NCBI GenBank assembly: GCA_016282315.1
Contig: JAEEKG010000075.1
Location: 5,354 to 69,353 of the forward strand
Direction: 5' to 3'
DNA from: Clostridiales bacterium
Lineage (GTDB): Bacteria > Bacillota > Clostridia > Oscillospirales > CAG-272
Length of the DNA: 64,000 bases
How positions within the stretch are numbered: the first letter of the stretch is position 1; each line of letters starts with the position of its first letter. Positions 57,246 to 64,000 of the stretch are shown here, one piece after another. The notes under the pieces were generated by a model, which was not told where the DNA came from, did not search any database, and saw only the letters and a list, made by a program, of their open reading frames with translations. The translations under genes and the position numbers were made by a program.

Positions 57246-58196
57246 ATGTACAAAGTATCACTTGCGCCAATGGCGGGAATGGCCGACCGGGCATTCAGAA
57301 TTATGTGCAAACATCACGGCGCTGAATACATGACAACTGAAATGATATCCGCCAAAGCTGTTTGTTATGGCGACAAAAAGACATACGAAATAGCCAAAAT
57401 TGACAAAGATGAATTGCCTTCAGCAATACAGATATTCGGATCAGAACCCGAATTCATGGGAAAAGGCACATATCTGCTTTTGGACTGGTCAATTAAAGAA
57501 GGTATCATCCCTGCTGCAGTCGACATAAACATGGGCTGCCCCGTTCCGAAAATAACGAAAAACGGCGAGGGATCATCCCTGATGAAAAATCCGGATCTTG
57601 CCGGAAAGATAATCGATGAAGTGGTTAAAAACTCAGGTAATATTCCCGTGACGGTAAAAATGAGACTTGGGTGGGATTCAAACAGCATCAACGTTTTGGA
57701 TTTTGCCAAAATGGCAGAAAGTCACGGAGCAAGTTCCATCTGCATTCACGCAAGAACCAAAGAACAAATGTATACTCCTTCAGTTGACTGGTCGTGGATA
57801 ACAAAAGTCAAGAATGAAGTTTCGATTCCGGTTGTGGGAAACGGAAACATATTCTCTTCCGAAGATGCTTTGAATATGTTCAATAAAACGCATTGTGATG
57901 CTGTGGCAGTTGCCAGAGGAGCCCTTGGCAACCCTTGGATTTTTGAAGATATCATAAGCAGGCTTAAAGGTCAGATGCCCAAAGTAGTTACAAAGAAAGA
58001 ACGTGTTGAAGAAGCAATAAAATACTTAAGACTCGCAGTGGAAATCAAAGGAGAAGAAAAAGGAGTTATGGAGAGCAGAAAAATACTCGGTTTCTTCATA
58101 AAAGGCCTTTATGGTTCTCCGAGAGTCAGAAACCTCATTAATCTTACATCAAAGGAAAAAGACATGGAAAATCTGCTATTGTCTTTATTGGATTAA
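57246..58196 (+). CDS. dus: tRNA-dihydrouridine synthase
   Basis: LAPMAGMADRAFR and DINMGCP motifs, with a TIM-barrel length profile. Confidence 0.9.
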   Translation: MYKVSLAPMAGMADRAFRIMCKHHGAEYMTTEMISAKAVCYGDKKTYEIAKIDKDELPSAIQIFGSEPEFMGKGTYLLLDWSIKEGIIPAAVDINMGCPVPKITKNGEGSSLMKNPDLAGKIIDEVVKNSGNIPVTVKMRLGWDSNSINVLDFAKMAESHGASSICIHARTKEQMYTPSVDWSWITKVKNEVSIPVVGNGNIFSSEDALNMFNKTHCDAVAVARGALGNPWIFEDIISRLKGQMPKVVTKKERVEEAIKYLRLAVEIKGEEKGVMESRKILGFFIKGLYGSPRVRNLINLTSKEKDMENLLLSLLD

Positions 58197-58199
58197 ATT

Positions 58200-58760
58200 A
58201 TGAAAGACAGAAGTATACGAGTGGTTATTTTCGATTGGCTTGAAGAATATTTCGGAAAAATGCGTATTTTCGAAGAGAGCCCCATAGGCAACTCTAGATG
58301 CGACTTCTTTGTAGTTACAGACAAGTTGACGGGATTTGAGATTAAAAGTGACGCCGATTCATATGAACGGCTGAACAAACAAATAAAGGACTATGATGCA
58401 TATTTCGATCAGAACTATATAGTCGTAGGAAATCAACACAGAAAGTCAGTGGTCAAAAAGGTTCCGAATCACTGGGGTATTCTCTGCGTAAGGGATGAAG
58501 AAGAAGGTTTCTTAGTTGATGTCATAAGACGGGCAATACAAAATCCCAAAGTAAAAAGAGACAAGCAGATGAGAAAACTGTGGCACAATGAACTGACTTC
58601 AATCGCAAACAAACTGGGTACTCCGGTATATATGGGAAAAGGAAAAACAACCAGAATAAAAGGCATAATTAAAAACTCAAAAGATAGCGATCTGCAACAG
58701 GCAATATGTGAAGAATTATTTGAGAGAGACTACACCAATTATGATGGCGAAGAAGAATAG
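58200..58760 (+). CDS. PD-(D/E)xK nuclease-fold protein (sce7726/MmcB-like)
   Basis: 186 aa. RCDFFVV...GFEIKSDADSYERLNKQIKDYDAYFD matches the D...E-x-K core and the EIKSxxDxxxRLxxQ pattern as I recall it for this family. It starts 3 nt after the dus stop. Confidence 0.55.
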   Translation: MKDRSIRVVIFDWLEEYFGKMRIFEESPIGNSRCDFFVVTDKLTGFEIKSDADSYERLNKQIKDYDAYFDQNYIVVGNQHRKSVVKKVPNHWGILCVRDEEEGFLVDVIRRAIQNPKVKRDKQMRKLWHNELTSIANKLGTPVYMGKGKTTRIKGIIKNSKDSDLQQAICEELFERDYTNYDGEEE

Positions 58761-58829
58761 TTATACTATTGTATTAAATTAATTTTATATAGAAAATTAC
58801 TGTGTTTTTTTAAGCAAGGAGAGTTTAAC

Positions 58830-61016
58830 ATGACAAATCACATTTCAGACGCCAGATGGCTTGCACCAAGCGAACCGGCAAACAAAAGATGTATAGATTT
58901 TTATAAGGATTTTGACATAGATTCCGATGTGGTATCTGCCACTCTGACAGCGTCTGCGTTAGGTGTATACAAAGCAGAATTAAACGGCAAAAAAGTTGGC
59001 GACATAGCTCTCGCGCCCGGAAGAACTTCCATGCGCTACACTGTTATGTATCAGACATATGATATAACTGATTTATTAAAAAATAAAAACCATATTATAT
59101 TAACCGTCGCAGGCGGTTGGAAGAGCCTTTATCCACATGAGATTTTATCTAATCCGAGCCTTCCGTCAGCTGAGCCTGCAGTTATTGCAAGCATAGATAT
59201 TGAATATGCAGATGGAACAACTCAAACAATCCTGACAGACTGCACCTGGAAAATGCAATACTCTAAGATCGTTATGTCAGACCCTTATGACGGCGAAACA
59301 TATGACGCAACATTTACTCCTCCTCAGCCGGTAAACGCTGAACCCATTATGTATCCGCGAAATTGTCTTGTCCCTCAAATCAATGAACCTACAAGGGAAA
59401 AAGAAATTATAAAGGCAGTTAAATACCTCAAGACTCCTCTTGGAGAAGATGTAATCGACTTCGGCCAGAATATGGCAGGTTTTATAGAATTTTCCTGTAG
59501 CGGCAAAAAAGGCGATGTCTTTGAACTTGAATGTGGCGAAACACTGGACAAAAACGGTAACTTCTATAATGACAACTACAGAAAAGCAAAAGCTAAAGTT
59601 ACATATATAAGTGATGGTAAAAAGGCAAAATACAAAACAAGCATGTCTTTCTTCGGTTTCAGATATCTGAGACTGACAGGTTGGAATGGACAGGTTGACA
59701 TAAAGGACTTCTCTGCTACCGCTGTTTATTCAGATATGGAGAGAACAGGGTACATCGAAACAGACAACAAAGACTTAAATCAACTCTTCCACAATATTAT
59801 CTGGGGCCAGCGGAGTAACTTCATAGATGTTCCGACAGACTGTCCTCAAAGAGATGAAAAACTAGGGTGGACGGGCGACGCTCAAGTGTTCTGCAAGTGC
59901 GCTTCCCTGAACTACAACACATACAATTTCTTCAGAAAATGGCTTATGGATATGAGAAATGATCAAAGACCTCAGGGTGCAATTCCTCATGTCATACCAA
60001 ACAATGCAAACTGGGCTTCACCTTCTTCTTCATGGGCAGACGCTTGCTGCATTATTCCTTGGCAATTGTATCTGATATACGGAAACAAGCAGATTCTTGA
60101 AGAAAACTTCATGATGATGAAAGCATGGGCTGAATACATCATCAGCAAAGACGATGAATATTTCAATTCAGATAAACATTTTGGTGACTGGCTGTCTACA
60201 GATGTTCCGGATACCCTGTATACAAAAGGCGGAACTTCAATAAGATTTATGACCATGTGCGTTTCAGTAAAAACACTTGAAATTGTCACAAAAGCTGCTG
60301 AAGTATTAAAGATCAGAGGAGCGGATTTCAGAGAAGAAGCAGACAATCTGAGAAGAAGAATTGTCAATGAATTCTTTGACAAGGATTATCACCTCAAAGA
60401 AAAGACTCAAACCGCATTTGTCCTCGCAATTGAATGCAGCATCTGGCCCGAAAAAAATGCGGAATTTGCAGAAGAATTGGCTAAATTGGTTGAAAAGAAC
60501 AGCAACAGAATGACAACAGGATTTGTCGGAACACCATACTTGTTGTATGCACTCAGCGACAATGGCTATACAGAACTAGCATATACTCTGCTGTTTCAAA
60601 AAGAATACCCATCATGGCTCTACCCTCTGAGCAAGGGCGCAACCACAATGTGGGAACACTGGGATGGAATTAAAGAAGACGGAAGCATGTGGAGCGACAC
60701 AATGAATTCATTTAACCACTATGCATACGGAGCTGTGGGAGATTGGATCTATACACGCGCAGCAGGAATTCAATATGAAGAACAATATCCCGGCTTTAAA
60801 CATGTCACCATTTCCCCACTTCCCGATCCGAGATTAAAGTACCTCAAAGCTAGTATAGTAACAGAGCGTGGACTTGTTTCTTCTGAGTGGAAAACAAACG
60901 GCAAAGCAATAACTTATACAATTGTTATTCCTGATGACATCAAAGGAATCGCTGTTTTGAGCAAAAAGAAATATGACCTCAAACCGGGCACAAATGAGTT
61001 CACTTTGAGTCTGTAG
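58830..61016 (+). CDS. GH78 alpha-L-rhamnosidase
   Basis: Canonical DVPTDCPQRDEKLGWTGDAQVF motif, 728 aa, and an N-terminal rhamnosidase-type domain (ARWLAP...LTASALGVYKAELNGKKVG). Confidence 0.85.
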   Translation: MTNHISDARWLAPSEPANKRCIDFYKDFDIDSDVVSATLTASALGVYKAELNGKKVGDIALAPGRTSMRYTVMYQTYDITDLLKNKNHIILTVAGGWKSLYPHEILSNPSLPSAEPAVIASIDIEYADGTTQTILTDCTWKMQYSKIVMSDPYDGETYDATFTPPQPVNAEPIMYPRNCLVPQINEPTREKEIIKAVKYLKTPLGEDVIDFGQNMAGFIEFSCSGKKGDVFELECGETLDKNGNFYNDNYRKAKAKVTYISDGKKAKYKTSMSFFGFRYLRLTGWNGQVDIKDFSATAVYSDMERTGYIETDNKDLNQLFHNIIWGQRSNFIDVPTDCPQRDEKLGWTGDAQVFCKCASLNYNTYNFFRKWLMDMRNDQRPQGAIPHVIPNNANWASPSSSWADACCIIPWQLYLIYGNKQILEENFMMMKAWAEYIISKDDEYFNSDKHFGDWLSTDVPDTLYTKGGTSIRFMTMCVSVKTLEIVTKAAEVLKIRGADFREEADNLRRRIVNEFFDKDYHLKEKTQTAFVLAIECSIWPEKNAEFAEELAKLVEKNSNRMTTGFVGTPYLLYALSDNGYTELAYTLLFQKEYPSWLYPLSKGATTMWEHWDGIKEDGSMWSDTMNSFNHYAYGAVGDWIYTRAAGIQYEEQYPGFKHVTISPLPDPRLKYLKASIVTERGLVSSEWKTNGKAITYTIVIPDDIKGIAVLSKKKYDLKPGTNEFTLSL

Positions 61017-61039
61017 ATTGTGTTTCCAATTCTCTAATG

Positions 61040-61068
61040 TTTACTTTCAATAATATTTAGAGTATAAT
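61040..61068 (+). promoter_or_regulatory. candidate nrdR promoter
   Basis: TTTACT, 17 nt, TATAAT. Confidence 0.35.
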
Positions 61069-61110
61069 AGTTGATACGAAAACTATATTGTGGATTGGAG
61101 ATGATTGATT

Positions 61111-61572
61111 GTGAAATGTCCATCATGTGGTTATCTTGAGAGCAAAGTTGTTGACTCTCGTCCAACTGATGAAGGAAAAAGCATCAGGAGAAGAAGAGAG
61201 TGTCTTGAGTGCGGTGCCAGGTTCACCACATTTGAAACTCTGGAATCTTACCCTATACTTGTAATCAAGAAAAACGGAACTCGCGAAGCTTTTGACAGAA
61301 ACAAGATTATGAACGGCTTGGTAAAAGCATGTCAGAAGAGACCTGTTGCTATGGATCAGCTTGAAAAGGTAGTGAGTGATATTGAAAGTGAACTCCAGAA
61401 TTCTTTGAATCATGAAATTCAATCCCAGAAAATTGGCGAAATGATAATGGATAAACTCAAAAAGATTGACGAAGTCGCATATGTAAGATTCGCATCAGTA
61501 TACAGAGAGTTCAAGGATTTGGACACATTTATGAGAGAACTCGCTGCTCTGAAGAGCGAAACCAGGAAATGA
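61111..61572 (+). CDS. nrdR: transcriptional repressor NrdR
   Basis: Zinc ribbon CPSCG...CLECG followed by an ATP-cone. GTG at 61111 (giving MKCPSCG) sits 10 nt after GGAG. The track ORF start, TTG at 61105, is the alternative. Confidence 0.9.
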   Translation: MKCPSCGYLESKVVDSRPTDEGKSIRRRRECLECGARFTTFETLESYPILVIKKNGTREAFDRNKIMNGLVKACQKRPVAMDQLEKVVSDIESELQNSLNHEIQSQKIGEMIMDKLKKIDEVAYVRFASVYREFKDLDTFMRELAALKSETRK

Positions 61573-61585
61573 GAGGAAAATAAAC

Positions 61586-62506
61586 ATGGTTAACGTAAAA
61601 GAATTACCTTCATATAAGAATTTCGGCAAGTGTCTTGAAATCTCCAATGAAAGACTTGTCATCTATGTAACAATTGATGTGGGGCCAAGAATCATTTATT
61701 GTTCAATTGACAACTGTCCGAATCTCATGCACGAAGACATTGAGAGAAAGACAAGTCAGGATGTATCTTCCCTTTTCGGTCCGGATAAATATTGGTATTT
61801 ATATGGCGGTCACAGACTTTGGATAAGTCCTGAAGAATATCCGAAGACATATTATCCCGACAATGATAAAGTCGTTTATTCAGTTACGGAGACAGGCTGT
61901 GTTTTGAATCCTCCTACACAATTGGTCACTGGTTTGAAACACACAATAACAATTTCAATGCATCCGGAAGAACCGGTTGTAACTATTAATCACGTAACCA
62001 CAAATACTTCAAAAGAAGATGTAAAAGGCGCAAGCTGGGCACTGACAGCCATGAGAAGCGGCGGAACAACAATAGTTCCACAAACTACCACAGACACAGG
62101 CCTGTTGCCCAACAGAAGCATAGTTTTCTGGCCATATACAGACATTAAGGATTCAAGACTCACTTTGGGAAACAAATATGTAGTTTTGAAACAGGATCCA
62201 TCAATTTCAGATGCAATTAAACTTGGATTCACAAATTCAGTAGGCAAAGTGATGTATGTGAACGGCAGCGTAGCTTGTAGCGTTGAATACGGAACTTCAT
62301 ATGACAATGGTGAATATCCAGATTTTGATTCTTCTTGTGAAGTTTATGAATGTGCTTATTTCACAGAGGTTGAAACGATTTCTCCAGTCAAAGTCCTCTC
62401 TGAAGGTGCAAGTATGTCTCATACGGAAAAATGGAAATTTGCAACCGGTGTCTCGCTAAAGTCCACAGACGATGACTCATTGGATGAGATTTCAAAAATA
62501 GTTTAA
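61586..62506 (+). CDS. hypothetical cytoplasmic beta-rich protein
   Basis: 306-aa ORF starting 14 nt after nrdR, with no signal peptide. LYGGHRLWISPEE...YYPDN is reminiscent of mutarotase-like DUF families, at low confidence. Confidence 0.5.
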   Translation: MVNVKELPSYKNFGKCLEISNERLVIYVTIDVGPRIIYCSIDNCPNLMHEDIERKTSQDVSSLFGPDKYWYLYGGHRLWISPEEYPKTYYPDNDKVVYSVTETGCVLNPPTQLVTGLKHTITISMHPEEPVVTINHVTTNTSKEDVKGASWALTAMRSGGTTIVPQTTTDTGLLPNRSIVFWPYTDIKDSRLTLGNKYVVLKQDPSISDAIKLGFTNSVGKVMYVNGSVACSVEYGTSYDNGEYPDFDSSCEVYECAYFTEVETISPVKVLSEGASMSHTEKWKFATGVSLKSTDDDSLDEISKIV

Positions 62507-62582
62507 GTAAAAAAATCATTGTCTCACTTCTCCTTAGAGGATTTGTGAGACAATTTTTCGGAAAATAAATACGAGGTGTTTT

Positions 62583-63443
62583 ATGAAGAAAAGATTATTG
62601 GTCTTACTCTCAGTTTTGGTCATACTCAGTGCATTTACTATAACAGCATCAGCAGACATGGGTCCAAAACCATCTTTGGACATAACAGTTGAGACTCCAC
62701 CCGAGTCTCCATATTACTTGGATTTGTTGTTGCCAGGTGCTCAGGATGAACATTGCAGTAGCAGCTTAGATGAATCAAAATATGACGAAATAATGTTCAA
62801 CACTTTAAAGAATTATTCCAGTCCCGATTGGCACACGGCATGTGTTCAGGGATCACGCGGTGCCCCTCTATGGGGAGATATCAAATCTGATAATAACTAT
62901 TTCCATTATGGATATTTCGGATTGCCTGGTGTAGGAAATAAGTACAAAATCATCATGGTCTTTTCTGATGGCACCTATGTTGAATCAGGAGAATTCACAA
63001 GAAAGATTTATCAGGAATCAATAACCATAAAGTATTCTAAAGAAACCAACTCTATTACTCTGGTGAAAGAACAAAGCAAAATCTTGATGTTCATTAAGCA
63101 ATTTTTGCCTACTCTTGCCATTACTCTTATAGTTGAATTCTTGTTCTTGCTGATTTTCAAAATACCGATAAAAGAAAACCTCATATTGTTCTTTGTGGTC
63201 AACTTCATAACAAATATAGGACTCAACCTATTCTTGTTCACAACAAACATAAAGTCCGGTTCCCTTTCGTCGATGATTATATTCATTCCAATTGAGATAG
63301 CTGTTCTTATTCTCGAGATCATTTCTTATGCAGTATTGATGAAATCAAGGAGTAAAGGAATAAGTATAGCTTATGCAGTCACTGCAAATCTGGTCTCTGC
63401 AGCTCTGTCGTTCCTTTTCCTGCGCATACCTGGAATATTGTAA
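62583..63443 (+). CDS. membrane protein with a secreted N-terminal domain, function unknown
   Basis: Signal peptide (LSAFTITASA-DMGPKPS), a soluble domain of about 150 aa, then about four TM helices. Confidence 0.55.
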   Translation: MKKRLLVLLSVLVILSAFTITASADMGPKPSLDITVETPPESPYYLDLLLPGAQDEHCSSSLDESKYDEIMFNTLKNYSSPDWHTACVQGSRGAPLWGDIKSDNNYFHYGYFGLPGVGNKYKIIMVFSDGTYVESGEFTRKIYQESITIKYSKETNSITLVKEQSKILMFIKQFLPTLAITLIVEFLFLLIFKIPIKENLILFFVVNFITNIGLNLFLFTTNIKSGSLSSMIIFIPIEIAVLILEIISYAVLMKSRSKGISIAYAVTANLVSAALSFLFLRIPGIL

Positions 63444-63446
63444 AAA

Positions 63447-64000
63447 ATGGACTTAAAAACTTCTCTATTGAGATCTGAATTGAGACTGACAAAAAATGCA
63501 ATCAACAGCATTTCTGTCCAAGTCTCAAGAGAGGGTCAGGATAGAATTGGCCTTCTTATTTCACGACAACACAAACAGAATGTAATATACGAACAGCACA
63601 GTTTTGACAACTTTGAAGGCGAGTGGATCAGACCATTTTGTTTTAAAAGCCGTGGAGCTGTTCTCTATCTTCACGGAGGAGGATACACAACAGGCGGACT
63701 TGACTATTGCAGAGGTTTCGGCTCAATACTTGCCGATATGACAGGAGCCGACGTCTTTACGGTTGCATACAGACTTGCCCCTGAAAATCCATACCCTTCT
63801 GCGCTTGATGATGTTTACGAAGCATATAAATATATGTTGTCATGCGGATATGAAAGCAAAGACATCGTTCTTTGCGGAGAATCTGCAGGAGGAGGGCTAT
63901 GTTATGCCCTCTCTTTGTTGCTGAAAGACAGAAAAGAAAGTATGCCCGGGTATATTATTGCATTTTCGCCATGGGTAGATCTTTCATGTTCTTTGCCTTC
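63447..64000 (+). CDS. alpha/beta hydrolase, HSL/esterase-lipase type (3' end outside the window)
   Basis: Not in the track because there is no stop in the window. My translation from the ATG at 63447 gives ...VLYLHGGGYTTGG... (HGGG oxyanion motif) and ...IVLCGESAGGGL... (GxSxG nucleophile elbow). Confidence 0.8.
   Translation, partial: MDLKTSLLRSELRLTKNAINSISVQVSREGQDRIGLLISRQHKQNVIYEQHSFDNFEGEWIRPFCFKSRGAVLYLHGGGYTTGGLDYCRGFGSILADMTGADVFTVAYRLAPENPYPSALDDVYEAYKYMLSCGYESKDIVLCGESAGGGLCYALSLLLKDRKESMPGYIIAFSPWVDLSCSLP

Noticed and set aside
57106-57294. 62-aa minus-strand ORF spanning the nadA-dus intergenic region.
   Set aside because: It overlaps the dus start and the promoter/operator region. 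It has no RBS and no recognisable features.
61078-61093. Possible NrdR box (AAAACTATATTGTGG) upstream of nrdR, suggesting autoregulation.
   Set aside because: It matches only one half of the 16-bp NrdR palindrome as I remember it and is one base short. There is no second box at the usual helical spacing.

Overview
AT-rich, densely coding chromosomal segment with Firmicutes/Clostridia-type gene content and order: rpsB-tsf, tlyA-nadK-argR-recN, ecfA1-ecfA2-ecfT-truA, ruvCAB, nadABC, a T-box upstream of tyrS, polA, gap, nrdR and tRNA-Thr. I support about 60 protein genes, one tRNA, one T-box leader, several sigma-A-like promoters, several intrinsic terminators and one in-frame 18-bp tandem repeat. 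I found no integrase, transposase, CRISPR array, phage genes or recognisable defence operon, so most of the window is housekeeping. The stand-out is a tightly packed seven-gene minus-strand operon at 13302-20565. It encodes two adenylate-forming enzymes, two carrier-protein domains, two PlsC-type acyltransferases, a GPH/MFS_2-type permease and an LRAT/PLAAT-like thiol acyltransferase. I read it as a dedicated, carrier-protein-dependent lipid acylation or remodelling module, and I know of no characterised counterpart. Secondary oddities: a P-type ATPase with about four extra C-terminal TM helices in an operon with a lipoprotein phosphoesterase; an orphan PD-(D/E)xK (sce7726/MmcB-like) gene coupled to dus; an orphan pilin-like gene with Gln at +5; a Clp/Hsp100 ATPase with a zinc ribbon instead of a Clp_N domain; a degenerate prephenate-dehydratase/ACT-like protein; a family of Thr/Glu-linker lipoproteins; and perfect palindromes inside the tetR/degV and nadA promoters. 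All calls rest on motifs read in the supplied translations and my own reading of the DNA. No database search was run.
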